Part shown: positions 1 to 10,631 of the stretch, piece after piece | How positions within the stretch are numbered: the stretch's first letter is position 1 | Layout: every line of letters starts with the position of its first letter | Notes under the pieces: generated by a model | What the model saw: only the letters and a program-made list of their open reading frames with translations | Database searches by the model: none | What the model was told of the DNA's origin: nothing | Position numbers and translations under genes: made by a program | IMG/VR virus record: IMGVR_UViG_3300001518_000034 | Reading direction: 5' to 3' (one strand) | Source: an uncultured virus (IMG/VR IMGVR_UViG_3300001518_000034) | Lineage: Duplodnaviria; Heunggongvirae; Uroviricota; Caudoviricetes | Length of the DNA stretch: 20,000 nt

Positions 1-1
1 A

Positions 2-1888
2 CGTACACAAATAACAACACAATTATCTAATGTTGTTGACAGTATTAATGCAAAATCAGTAGTAAAATATGATGAAGACTTAAAATATAGAATTCGTGGT
101 ATATTAGATACTAATCAACTTGAAGAATATGTTTCTTCTAATTATCAAAATGTTGTAATAATTGGTATAGATGTACAATATAAATATAAATCTAACTATT
201 CAACAACAACAGCTATGCAATCAATTAATGCTAATACATTTACTGATTGGAATAGATATACTACTAAAGATAAAGAACGTTATGTTGATTTTAATGAATA
301 TACATCATCAATAGAACTTAAATGGTTAAATGAAAATAGTACTGATAATATAATTAAATGGAATCAAATTGATATTCCAATTAATCAAAATGAAGAAGTT
401 GTATTTAAAATAAGATATAAATATAATATTGGTCAACCATTTGTAACTTTATATACTCCATGGTCTAATGAAGAAACATTTGTATTCCCAGATGAATATA
501 AAGAAATGGTTCAAATAAGTGAAATTATTGAAGAAAATGCAAGTGATACAAATACATCTAACTTTAATAAAACACTTATTAATGATGGTTATGCAGAACA
601 TGTAAATAATAAGTTTATATCTGGAAATCAAGTATTCTATCATATGCCTGAATCTATTTATTCAGGATTTAATACTTCTGAAAATAACTTATTATCACTT
701 AAAGATAAATTAACTGAAATGTCTAATGATATTGAAAAATATCGTGATATATTAGATGAATCAATTAAGAAAAAATATAGTGTTTATCTTGAATTTGATA
801 ATCAAGTTATTGAATTATTCTCAGGTTCAATTAACCGTGTTAATATTAATGATACTAATATAACAGATTCATTTATTAAAAAACCTATGAGAATTATTAT
901 TAAGAATACAGGTGAAAATCCTGTTAAATTCTATACAATGTTCCCAGGTAATTCAAATGTTACTCTTATTGAAGATAACCGTAAATCATATGTTAGAACA
1001 ATTGGAGAATATGAACGTGTTCCAATTTTAATTAATGATCAAATGACTCCTCAATTTTTAGGACAATGGATATATTTTCGTCAAAACAATCCATTTACTA
1101 AAGAAGATATATATTTAAATGAGAATTCTCAAAATATACAAGATAAATCAAACATTAATGATATTTTAATTTGGGGTAAAAATAATAGTGATTATAAAGC
1201 AAAAGATAATTCACAAATATTATATCCATATAAAGAACATGGTGGATTTAATATTAACTTAAATAAGAATATCTGGCAAGGATTAAAATATACACCATCG
1301 GCAGATGGTTCCGAATATACAATTACAGAATATACTTTATCTAATTTATTAGATTCTGAAGAAATTGATTATAGTAATAAAACATTAAATAACTTCTATC
1401 ATTATGATAATGTAAAAGATGGAAGCAATATTTATTTAATGAGATTTGAAGATATTAAATATGTGACAAATAATAAGATTATTTATTTATCTGAAAATGA
1501 TGTTATATCTGATTTTATGAATGCAGGTTATGATTATTTAGATAATTCAATTCAAGACTTTAATGGTGCATTCTTATATCCAGATATTATGCATAAGAAT
1601 AATATTATAATTGATAATACAGATATAAATCCAAATAATTATATGAGTATTGATATTGGTAAAGATATGACAATACCTTTAACATTTGAATATTGTTTAA
1701 ATAATACAACAGGTGATAATTCTAAACCAATTTCAACAATTAAAAAATCTATTTATTTTGATTTAAAAGATTCATTATTTGTAGATGCTAAAAATTATAT
1801 GATTGAATTAACAGTTAATAATAATTATTCATCATTAAATAATTATTTAGATATAACAAATTTATTACAACCAGAAGGAACTGAATAA
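2..1888 (+). CDS. Large putative virion structural protein, 5'-truncated by the window edge
   Basis: The frame of ORF 215..1888 is open back to position 2 (RTQITTQLSNVVDSINAKSVVKYDEDLKYRIRGILD...), so the ATG at 215 is probably internal. It has a coiled-coil-like stretch (LLSLKDKLTEMSNDIEKYRDILDE) and is co-oriented with baseplate genes. The function is inferred from context only. Confidence 0.6.
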   Translation, partial: RTQITTQLSNVVDSINAKSVVKYDEDLKYRIRGILDTNQLEEYVSSNYQNVVIIGIDVQYKYKSNYSTTTAMQSINANTFTDWNRYTTKDKERYVDFNEYTSSIELKWLNENSTDNIIKWNQIDIPINQNEEVVFKIRYKYNIGQPFVTLYTPWSNEETFVFPDEYKEMVQISEIIEENASDTNTSNFNKTLINDGYAEHVNNKFISGNQVFYHMPESIYSGFNTSENNLLSLKDKLTEMSNDIEKYRDILDESIKKKYSVYLEFDNQVIELFSGSINRVNINDTNITDSFIKKPMRIIIKNTGENPVKFYTMFPGNSNVTLIEDNRKSYVRTIGEYERVPILINDQMTPQFLGQWIYFRQNNPFTKEDIYLNENSQNIQDKSNINDILIWGKNNSDYKAKDNSQILYPYKEHGGFNINLNKNIWQGLKYTPSADGSEYTITEYTLSNLLDSEEIDYSNKTLNNFYHYDNVKDGSNIYLMRFEDIKYVTNNKIIYLSENDVISDFMNAGYDYLDNSIQDFNGAFLYPDIMHKNNIIIDNTDINPNNYMSIDIGKDMTIPLTFEYCLNNTTGDNSKPISTIKKSIYFDLKDSLFVDAKNYMIELTVNNNYSSLNNYLDITNLLQPEGTE

Positions 1889-1905
1889 AAACATCAATAA
1901 TTGAC

Positions 1906-3168
1906 ATGAAAAATTTTTTAGCAAATAAACATAATGTAGCTGTATCTGCTTATATAACTGATTTAAATCCATCACAGATTACAACAAATGGAGCATTAAC
2001 AATTATTGATAATAGTGATCCACAAAATCATATTCAAGGATTGGTTCCAAATTCATACAGTATATTTTTAGATAATTTATTTTTAGCTACTGGATATGGA
2101 TTTTCATCATATTATAATTTTGAAAGAGCATCATATGTTGTTTCAACCTATGCTAATGCATATTCATATATTTTACATACATTAGATGAATTAAGTAAAA
2201 AAACATTTAATCTTGAATATTCATATGTAAATTCTGAAAATAAAATTGATAGTATATATAATAGTTATGGTTGGCTTACTGAATATAAAGAATTAGACAT
2301 TAAACGTAAAGATGCACATACATATTTAATATCTTTAAATACCGTTAATACATATTATATTTCTAATATGAAATTAGAAATTATTGGTGGAGAAAATATA
2401 TATGGATTAAATGAAGATAATTCTACCGAATTAACATATAATTATTTTGATATTGGTGATACTGAATCAGCTGAAGTTAAATTTTCATTTATAAAAAATG
2501 CTTCAATTAATAAAGCAAAAATTAAAGATAACGCACCATCAGTATATTTTGATAATGAACTTATAGATTTTAGTAATAATAATATAATTGATGATGGTAT
2601 AAGCACTTATACTATAAAAAATTATAGCAATCCACAAGTTAATCAAACAAAAGATATTACATTAGTATGTAAACGTAATGATGATATAATTTATAGTTAT
2701 ACATTTATTAATGCAATTAAATGGAGATATAAAATATTACCATTTAATACTGAAAAAAATAATGCATTATCTGAATTAGATTTAAATACAATTTTAGCAC
2801 TTGATAATATTAATTTTGGTGATAATTCATTCGATATTACAACTAATAATGATATATATAATAATTTTATAAAATTTATTGATAATCATCATAATCAAAT
2901 GGTATACTTAGATGATAATACTCAAATTGAATTTAGTGGAATTGGATATAAATACATAAATAATAATCAAACAATACATAATTTTTCACATGATTATATT
3001 CTTATTATGAGTAATTCAGTAAATTTCGATTTTTATTTTAATGGTATTAAGAATAATTGTTGGAATTATATAGAATTTAATAATAAAGATCATGTATACA
3101 GATTATATCAATCAACACAACGATATATAGGTAAACATATATGGACAATTAAATACAACTATGAATAA
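1906..3168 (+). CDS. Hypothetical protein, probably virion-associated (420 aa, Asn/Tyr/Ile-rich)
   Basis: Long ORF 17 nt after the previous stop. Its end overlaps the next start (ATGAATAA). No catalytic motif recognised. Confidence 0.6.
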   Translation: MKNFLANKHNVAVSAYITDLNPSQITTNGALTIIDNSDPQNHIQGLVPNSYSIFLDNLFLATGYGFSSYYNFERASYVVSTYANAYSYILHTLDELSKKTFNLEYSYVNSENKIDSIYNSYGWLTEYKELDIKRKDAHTYLISLNTVNTYYISNMKLEIIGGENIYGLNEDNSTELTYNYFDIGDTESAEVKFSFIKNASINKAKIKDNAPSVYFDNELIDFSNNNIIDDGISTYTIKNYSNPQVNQTKDITLVCKRNDDIIYSYTFINAIKWRYKILPFNTEKNNALSELDLNTILALDNINFGDNSFDITTNNDIYNNFIKFIDNHHNQMVYLDDNTQIEFSGIGYKYINNNQTIHNFSHDYILIMSNSVNFDFYFNGIKNNCWNYIEFNNKDHVYRLYQSTQRYIGKHIWTIKYNYE

Positions 3169-3742
3169 TATTAGTAATATTAAAGATCAATATCAATTGA
3201 ATTCAATATTAGATATATATGATGGTTATAAAAATAATCAAACAACTAATTCTGCTTTACAATATTATATTGATCATAATTCTATTCCAAATGGTATAAT
3301 ATTATCTGATAAGATTAGACCTGTTCATGGTATGCATCAAATTTCATATACTCATTATTATTCATATGATAATCAATATGATTATGCATTGGATTTTTAT
3401 CCATTATTATTATCAGCTCATATACCTGCATATGTTATAAATAATTATAAATTAATATCTGCTAAAGATATTGATTTTGAAAATGCTTATTTAAAATATG
3501 CACAACCTTCATATGATTATGATGAACCAATATCATATTATGATTTAACTATAGATAATAATGGTAAATTAAATACAACAGAATGTACAACAGGTACAAC
3601 ATATTCATTTAATAGACCAATAACTCCTTATATAAATAATACATATGATTTATTAAATATTGTTGATTATTTATTAAATAGAGTAAATTGTTTAAATTTT
3701 TTATTAGAAACTATTAAAAAACAAAAAAATGTCGCAAATTAA
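3161..3742 (+). CDS. Hypothetical virion protein sharing a module with the downstream 1486-aa protein
   Basis: Contains NYKLISAKDIDFEN and INNTYDLLNIVDYLL, near-identical to segments of the next ORF. 8-nt overlap with the upstream gene. Confidence 0.65.
   Translation: MNNISNIKDQYQLNSILDIYDGYKNNQTTNSALQYYIDHNSIPNGIILSDKIRPVHGMHQISYTHYYSYDNQYDYALDFYPLLLSAHIPAYVINNYKLISAKDIDFENAYLKYAQPSYDYDEPISYYDLTIDNNGKLNTTECTTGTTYSFNRPITPYINNTYDLLNIVDYLLNRVNCLNFLLETIKKQKNVAN
3441..3484 (+). repeat. Dispersed repeat copy 1 (pairs with 4131..4174)
   Basis: ataattataaattaatatctgctaaagatattgattttgaaaat versus ataattataaattaatatcggctaaagatattgattttgataat: 42 of 44 nt identical. Confidence 0.9.
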
Positions 3743-3754
3743 TTTTATATAATT

Positions 3755-6700
3755 ATGGCACAAAAGAATTATTTTTCATACAATATAATAGACACACTAT
3801 ATTTTAATCAACCAACAGGAACAGATTTACAAAAAGTATATGGTAATAATATTCCTGCGTCATTTGTTAGACGTAATTCAATTGAATATGATCAAATGAA
3901 TCCAGATGAACAAAGATTATATGATGAAAATGAAAGAAATTTTATTGAAGCGGTTATTAATAAATATATAATGGATGATTTTGGTAAAGGTAGTTATATT
4001 GGTATCGATACAAATTATCATGATAATAATGAACATGAATTAACTAAAGAAATAACATATGCATATTTCAAAACTAGTTATGAAGTTGGTATTGAATTAT
4101 CCGATATGATATCAAATATTAATGGTGTGCATAATTATAAATTAATATCGGCTAAAGATATTGATTTTGATAATATTATATTACCAAATTCAGCTATTTC
4201 TAGAGATTTTAACTGGGGTGGATTTGATAGAAATCGTAGATGGGGCGATAAACCAATTCATATTAATAATACATTTGAACTATTAAATGTTATAGATTAT
4301 TTATTGTGTGCATGTGATAATCTTTGGAATGAATTATATAAACTTAAATATAGTGTTAATGAAGGTGTAGAAATTTGGTTTACAAAAAATGCATCTGATA
4401 GAACATTAATTTCTAGTTCAATGAAATTAGTTGTACAAGATTTTCAACGAGATAATACAGAACGTACTGAAGCAACTAGAATGATTACATATTTAGATCC
4501 ATTTAATTATTATACATCATTAAATAATAATGCTGAAAATAATTTTGGTATGGTTACTAATTTTTATGTAGTAAATGAAGATTCAGATGATTTAACATTT
4601 GATAGAAAGATTATTGATAATAAAGGACGAAATATTATTTTAATGATCATTTTACCAAATAGTAAAGCTATTGGACAAGCTAACGCAACAACTACTCAAA
4701 ATGTTAATAGTACATTACAACAAATATATGCATATAAAATTGGTAATGAATTAAAAATATATCCAGGTTCTAGAATTGATGCATTTATAAATGAAAACTA
4801 TATAATTAACAATTCAAATGATTTAGTTGATTTTAAAAATAAAAAATTAAAATATGAGACATATTTTAAATCAAATTCTAGAGATAATATTTATTCACAA
4901 ATATATATTGAATTTCTTAATACATCAAAATTTAATCAATCAATAAAAAACCCATATTTACTTTATTATATAAAAGATTCAAATGTTAAAGTAGTTGTAT
5001 CATATAATTATGAAGGATCTGGCCAAGCTTATGCGACAACTATATATGATATTATTTTAAGAAACATAAATAATACTGCTACTTATTCATTATATAATAC
5101 ACATACATCAAGTGACGATGATAATTTTAATGTTATTACTAATGAATATGATCCAAAATTTTATATTATACCTGATGAATTTTTTTCTACATTAGAGGTT
5201 GCGACACCAAATTCTAGAAAGTACTCAGCATCTTCACAATCTATTAGAATATATTACTATAAAAATTCAAATAATTTAACATGTAAAGTTACAAGATTAA
5301 AAGATGATGAAGAAATTGAAATTAAGCCAGAAAATGATCCAACACAATCAAATTCATTAGCATATAATTATTTTAGATATAATGTACCAGATGGTCAAAA
5401 AATAACATTTGAATTTGATTCATCATATATTGCTTTAGATTCAACTAACGAAGGTAATCCATTAGGATTAAAATTAGATGATGAGTATAAAGATATTATG
5501 CTTTATAATCCAAGTAGTGTTAATGATGAAGATAAAGACAAATATTATCAATTTATAAATACTGAAGATTCAGGAACATATAAGCGTATCTTTAAACAAT
5601 TTAATATTGATACATTTGATACTAGAAATTATATTAATATAGATAACAAAAGTCAATCATATAAACATATATGGGTAAAATACGATAATCCATATAAACT
5701 TAATTTAACAATTGATCATGATGAATTAATTACACAATCATTAATATATTCTGATGTTAATAATGAAATCAATAAAATAATTGAAAATAATGAATTAAAT
5801 ATGATATCTTATAATAAATATACATTAGAACATACTTTGTCTGATGGTGTAGAAGAAATCAAATTTAATTTAAGATTTCATATTGACGAAACATCAAAAG
5901 TTAAAGGAACTGAATGCATAATACCATTAAATATTAATAAGATATATTATCCAACTATTAATTATTATACTTATAATGCAATGGATTTGGAAAGAAAAAA
6001 ATATAATAATATTGAATATACATATACAGTTAGTGGTATTAATCAAAAAGCAACATTATCTGAAATATATAATAAAACATTCCGTAAATATGATTATAAT
6101 TCATCTGGTAAACTTAATTTACCTCAAAATGTTTATAAAACAATGTCTACTGATCAAATAGATATTAATACTTTAGATGATTTACAATTACAAAAGTCAT
6201 ATGATTGTACAATAAATAATGCAATATTTGAATTTACATATAATCACTATAAATCAAACATTGTTAATTTAATTGGTGGATGGTATACAGAGAATTATAT
6301 AAAAAGACATTTAAAGAAAGACTTTGCTGCAACAAAACTAAAATTTAATGATAATTCATCTGAAACAATATTAAAGAGTGAAATTAATACTGATTCAGCA
6401 TATTCATATCATTTATATATGTTTAATTTAAATGGATTTGGTAGAAATTATCGTTTACATGGTAATGGTCATACTTTACCAAGTAATTATAATAATTCTA
6501 GTAGTAATATATCATCTCTTTATCCAGAATTTGATTTAATATCTATTGCATCTAATAAAGATTATCAATCGATTAATGAACAATTAAAATTTAAATTAGA
6601 TGATAATAATGCACAATTGTCACATATTGCTATTGAAATGAATGATAATGAATATGTTTGGACTCAAAATGATTTAGAATTTAATTCTGGATATAATATT

Positions 6701-8215
6701 AAATATACAAAAAATAATATTTCATACAACGATTATATTATTAAAACTAGACCAGTTGATATATATAAAACATCATATGTTATAAATTGTATAAATAATT
6801 ACGAAAGTCAAAATACAACATATACAACATATTATTTACCATTAGCATATATGCAAATCAATTCATCAACATTTAATCCACCAGAATCAACAAAACCATC
6901 TGGAATAATTCCTGATATTAATGATGATGAAGAAAAACGTAAATATGGAGAATATATAAATTGTTGGAATGATGATACCAATTATCATCCAATTACAGCA
7001 TATATTAAATTATTTAATAATACAACAAAATCTAATCCATATTATTATGATTCAAATGAGGCTGTAATACAATTTAATATTAATCGTACAACATTCCCAT
7101 CATCTGATGATTTTATTAATGGTCGTATTTCTAATTGGATATACGTATCAACTGAATCAATGTATTATTTATCTGATTTTATTGAAATGGGTATTGATGC
7201 ATCAGATTTTCAGGAAGGATTTTCTTTAGGATCATGCGCACCAACAGGAAGCTATTATTATTATGATGAAAATTATTCAGAATATATTGTTAATGAAATA
7301 TATGCTAATAAATATATTGAAAATTTAGGATCATCACATAATAATCACTATCAATATGTTAATTTAAATTCATCATATACAAATAATTTATTAAATCCTG
7401 ATACTCCAGCAAATATTGAATCTAGAAGTTATATTATACCATATCCAATATTTAATCAAATGATTGTTAATAATGATAGTAACAATGAAAATAATAATGA
7501 CAATGATAATAATGTAACATTTTCAAGTACATCATATAATTTTGATATATATCGTCTTGCAGATATAAATAAATTAAATATAACAAGTGTATCTGCAATT
7601 ACAACAACATGGAATAATTCTATTCAACATGATCATAATGATGATCAAATAGAAGGTAATGGCATATATACAAATAAAACATATTATACTGTTAATTTTG
7701 ATAATACATTTGTTAATTCATTTGGTAAAAATTATCCAAATTATGGTAAAGATAATGAAAAACCATTTAATATGATTTTATATAAAATATATTATGATCG
7801 TGTAAGAGGATCTAAAAATTATAAATCAGGTATACTTAGTACAGGATCAACAAACACATTTATATGTCCAATTATTAGACTTCATAAAGATGGTATGCCA
7901 AATATATATGTAACAACAAAATATGATAATAAAATAACAAGTGTTGAAGAAACGTATGAATTCTTTAAATTTAGATATAATGATATTTATATTGTTAAAA
8001 AAATAGAAAATAATGATAATAATGAATATTATCAATATTGTTCTGTTGCTCCAAATAAAAACTTTTCATGTAAAGATGCATATGATTATCAATTAAAAGT
8101 ATTTTTATTTAATAGCATGGATGAATTCTTAGCAAATCAAGAATATATTAATGAATTAAAAAACAATCCAGATATAAATATTGAAATAAATAATCAAATT
8201 ATTCAATTGTCATAA
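3755..8215 (+). CDS. Large putative tail fibre/baseplate-associated protein (1486 aa)
   Basis: Uninterrupted 4.4-kb ORF rich in N/Y/I/S/T. It carries the N-terminal module shared with 3161..3742 and lies directly upstream of the gp53-like gene (TAATATG junction). The fibre role is an inference. Confidence 0.55.
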   Translation: MAQKNYFSYNIIDTLYFNQPTGTDLQKVYGNNIPASFVRRNSIEYDQMNPDEQRLYDENERNFIEAVINKYIMDDFGKGSYIGIDTNYHDNNEHELTKEITYAYFKTSYEVGIELSDMISNINGVHNYKLISAKDIDFDNIILPNSAISRDFNWGGFDRNRRWGDKPIHINNTFELLNVIDYLLCACDNLWNELYKLKYSVNEGVEIWFTKNASDRTLISSSMKLVVQDFQRDNTERTEATRMITYLDPFNYYTSLNNNAENNFGMVTNFYVVNEDSDDLTFDRKIIDNKGRNIILMIILPNSKAIGQANATTTQNVNSTLQQIYAYKIGNELKIYPGSRIDAFINENYIINNSNDLVDFKNKKLKYETYFKSNSRDNIYSQIYIEFLNTSKFNQSIKNPYLLYYIKDSNVKVVVSYNYEGSGQAYATTIYDIILRNINNTATYSLYNTHTSSDDDNFNVITNEYDPKFYIIPDEFFSTLEVATPNSRKYSASSQSIRIYYYKNSNNLTCKVTRLKDDEEIEIKPENDPTQSNSLAYNYFRYNVPDGQKITFEFDSSYIALDSTNEGNPLGLKLDDEYKDIMLYNPSSVNDEDKDKYYQFINTEDSGTYKRIFKQFNIDTFDTRNYINIDNKSQSYKHIWVKYDNPYKLNLTIDHDELITQSLIYSDVNNEINKIIENNELNMISYNKYTLEHTLSDGVEEIKFNLRFHIDETSKVKGTECIIPLNINKIYYPTINYYTYNAMDLERKKYNNIEYTYTVSGINQKATLSEIYNKTFRKYDYNSSGKLNLPQNVYKTMSTDQIDINTLDDLQLQKSYDCTINNAIFEFTYNHYKSNIVNLIGGWYTENYIKRHLKKDFAATKLKFNDNSSETILKSEINTDSAYSYHLYMFNLNGFGRNYRLHGNGHTLPSNYNNSSSNISSLYPEFDLISIASNKDYQSINEQLKFKLDDNNAQLSHIAIEMNDNEYVWTQNDLEFNSGYNIKYTKNNISYNDYIIKTRPVDIYKTSYVINCINNYESQNTTYTTYYLPLAYMQINSSTFNPPESTKPSGIIPDINDDEEKRKYGEYINCWNDDTNYHPITAYIKLFNNTTKSNPYYYDSNEAVIQFNINRTTFPSSDDFINGRISNWIYVSTESMYYLSDFIEMGIDASDFQEGFSLGSCAPTGSYYYYDENYSEYIVNEIYANKYIENLGSSHNNHYQYVNLNSSYTNNLLNPDTPANIESRSYIIPYPIFNQMIVNNDSNNENNNDNDNNVTFSSTSYNFDIYRLADINKLNITSVSAITTTWNNSIQHDHNDDQIEGNGIYTNKTYYTVNFDNTFVNSFGKNYPNYGKDNEKPFNMILYKIYYDRVRGSKNYKSGILSTGSTNTFICPIIRLHKDGMPNIYVTTKYDNKITSVEETYEFFKFRYNDIYIVKKIENNDNNEYYQYCSVAPNKNFSCKDAYDYQLKVFLFNSMDEFLANQEYINELKNNPDINIEINNQIIQLS
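4131..4174 (+). repeat. Dispersed repeat copy 2 (pairs with 3441..3484)
   Basis: Encodes NYKLISAKDIDFDN. 42/44 nt identical to copy 1. Confidence 0.9.
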
Positions 8216-8216
8216 T

Positions 8217-8684
8217 ATGTTAGATTATAATATTTTAAAGAATAAACCATTAATTGAAATTAACAATGAAAATGTTACAGATTTATTATATAAAACTGTA
8301 AATTTTGTTGATGATGGTACGTATCGAGGAAATTTTATAAAAGTTAATGAATATTATGTAGCAAGACCTGATTTAATATCATTAGCTTGTTATGGAGAAG
8401 ATAAATATGCTGATATTATTTGCAAATTAAATGGTATTTCAAACCCATTTGAATTAAATAAAGATATGATTTTATTTATTCCAACAATTGAATATATAAA
8501 TTTTATTATTGACAAACAAAGTTTACATAAAACAACAAAAAAGATTAAAGATAATAATCCAATAGCAACTAATAATAAAATAGGTGCACAAAAACAAAAA
8601 AATGAAAAGCGTAGTCCAAGTCAACAATTAGTAGGTGATACAAACTATATTATTGATAAATCACTTGGAGTAGTATTTTATTAA
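8217..8684 (+). CDS. Baseplate wedge protein, T4 gp53-like / LysM-like
   Basis: RPDLISLACYGEDKYADIICKLNGISNPFELNKDMILFIP matches the RPD-x-I(A/S)-xxxYG...I-xxN-xI-xNP-xx-L...L-xIP pattern of gp53 / P2 gpX LysM-type baseplate proteins. Confidence 0.8.
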   Translation: MLDYNILKNKPLIEINNENVTDLLYKTVNFVDDGTYRGNFIKVNEYYVARPDLISLACYGEDKYADIICKLNGISNPFELNKDMILFIPTIEYINFIIDKQSLHKTTKKIKDNNPIATNNKIGAQKQKNEKRSPSQQLVGDTNYIIDKSLGVVFY

Positions 8685-8686
8685 TT

Positions 8687-10132
8687 ATGGCAACAGAGGC
8701 AAATATAGAAATTATTAAAGAACCATATAATCCAACTGATCCTGAGGTTAAATTTGATCCTACATTTGATGGAAAAGTTATTGTAAAACAATTTGATGAT
8801 GCTAACAAAACTTCATCAAATGCTACATATAATTCTCTTGATGATGATGCTATTAATATTCCTATTGTTAGATTAAATAATATTACATTAACAGATGCTC
8901 AAATTGATCAGGTAGTTATTTATTATAATAGTTTTTTTCCAACAGTTCATTTATCTATTAAAGATACTGAAAATGTTATAAAAATATGTGATACACCAGG
9001 ATTTGATAATGAAATAAATATTGTAATAACATGTCCAATAAATGGATATTACAAAAAAATATCGTTATTATTTTATATTACTGATTTTAACATCTATGAT
9101 GAATTTATTGCATATGATGGAGTATTTAAATTACAATCATTAAATACACATGTAATGAAACAAATAGGTAAAGGTAAACTTAATACTTATAATATGCTTT
9201 CAGAAATTGCTAAAGAAAACAAATTAGGATTTGCTGCAACTAAAAAATGTGAAGAAATAAAAGATGAAAACTATAGATTAATTCGAACAAAAACATATGT
9301 TGAATTTATTAAAGAACAATTATCATTTGCAGGTTTAGATGAAGAATCAATTTTTGATGCATGGATAGATATTTTTGGTTATATTGTTATGATAAATGTA
9401 AACTATGTTTTAAATGAGAAAGTTGATCCACAACAATTAACTATTTATACAATTTATGGAGGTGAAAATACTATAAATGATGAAGATGCTAAACCTTTAG
9501 CTATTCAAGCACAACGCACATTGACAAATAATATAACAGATACAACTAATACTAATTTACATTTTAAAATTTATGAAAATATTATAAACAATAATAATAT
9601 ATATAAAAATGGTTCATTAAATTCAAATTGGTATATGACTTCTCCATGTGAAAAAAATACTCTCGAATTTGAAGAATTACAAATTATTGAAAACTCGAAT
9701 GAAGGAGTTAATTTTTCAAAAGAATATGAATTTAGCAAAACCGAATTTTTAGGAATTGAATTTTCAGAAACACCAATATTATTCAAGAAAAAGGTAAATC
9801 AACGTTATTTTGAAAAATTAAGAGCAAAAAGACTTAAAATAGAATTAGAACAATATAATTTAGGATTAGAACGTGGAACATTAATTAATGTAATTTTTAA
9901 AGAATATAATTCAGCTGTTATAAAAACTTTTGATAATAATAATGACATTGAAGAATCTATAGATGGTAGGATTAATTTATATATGTCTGGTATGTATTAT
10001 ATTGACAGTATGGAATTTGAATATGTTACAGAAAAACATAAAATTAAACAATATCTTTATTTAATTAAGAAAAGTGCTGATAATAAACCATTAAATAAAT
10101 TAGAAGTTCCGGTATCGGACAAAGAATCATAA
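8687..10132 (+). CDS. Putative baseplate hub protein (T4 gp27 / P2 gpD-like)
   Basis: 481 aa, follows the LysM/gp53-like gene. The C-terminal LERGTLINVIF...LYMSGMYYIDSMEFEY resembles the 'G-x-x-I...SG-x-Y-x-I' end of hub proteins. Confidence 0.55.
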   Translation: MATEANIEIIKEPYNPTDPEVKFDPTFDGKVIVKQFDDANKTSSNATYNSLDDDAINIPIVRLNNITLTDAQIDQVVIYYNSFFPTVHLSIKDTENVIKICDTPGFDNEINIVITCPINGYYKKISLLFYITDFNIYDEFIAYDGVFKLQSLNTHVMKQIGKGKLNTYNMLSEIAKENKLGFAATKKCEEIKDENYRLIRTKTYVEFIKEQLSFAGLDEESIFDAWIDIFGYIVMINVNYVLNEKVDPQQLTIYTIYGGENTINDEDAKPLAIQAQRTLTNNITDTTNTNLHFKIYENIINNNNIYKNGSLNSNWYMTSPCEKNTLEFEELQIIENSNEGVNFSKEYEFSKTEFLGIEFSETPILFKKKVNQRYFEKLRAKRLKIELEQYNLGLERGTLINVIFKEYNSAVIKTFDNNNDIEESIDGRINLYMSGMYYIDSMEFEYVTEKHKIKQYLYLIKKSADNKPLNKLEVPVSDKES

Positions 10133-10133
10133 T

Positions 10134-10631
10134 ATGAGATTATATAAAGACAATATTCCTTTAAATGTGTATGATATTATTTATAATAATTCACAAAAAA
10201 CACACGCAAAATTATTTAATGATGCAATAACATTATATTGTAATGAAAATGATTTAGATATTGACAAAATTAAAATAATTGATCAACCAAATGAAAACAA
10301 TATATTATATCCATCATCAGCAATATTAATATATGATGATAAAGTTTATCATGTAACAAATGATGAATTATCAAAATATTGGAATAAAAATTATGTAGAA
10401 AATATAAATAAATATGATGATAATAAAATATTTAAAGAATTATTAATTAATGATGATGATAAAAAACATATTACTATTGAATTTATTGATTATGTAAATG
10501 GTAGAGTACAATTTAAAAATAAATTTACAAATAAAAAGTTTTTTATTAGTTTTGATAAATTAGATAAAACTAAAAATTATTATCCTGAATTAAAAAATAC
10601 ATTTACATCTTTATATTATGACAGAAAGTAA
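10134..10631 (+). CDS. Hypothetical protein (165 aa)
   Basis: Tightly coupled ORF: TAATATG junction upstream and a 14-nt overlap downstream. Confidence 0.6.
   Translation: MRLYKDNIPLNVYDIIYNNSQKTHAKLFNDAITLYCNENDLDIDKIKIIDQPNENNILYPSSAILIYDDKVYHVTNDELSKYWNKNYVENINKYDDNKIFKELLINDDDKKHITIEFIDYVNGRVQFKNKFTNKKFFISFDKLDKTKNYYPELKNTFTSLYYDRK

Noticed and set aside
215..217. ATG at 215 as the true start of the first gene
   Set aside because: The frame is open to the window edge with normal coding-like sequence, so the gene likely starts upstream of the window.
3441..4174. DGR template/variable repeat pair or CRISPR repeats
   Set aside because: Only two short in-frame coding copies exist, the mismatches are not adenine-specific, and there is no reverse transcriptase, spacer array or cas gene in the window.
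7468..7513. AAT/GAT-rich microsatellite-like stretch
   Set aside because: It encodes an Asn/Asp low-complexity linker (NNDSNNENNNDNDNN) and has no regular repeat unit.
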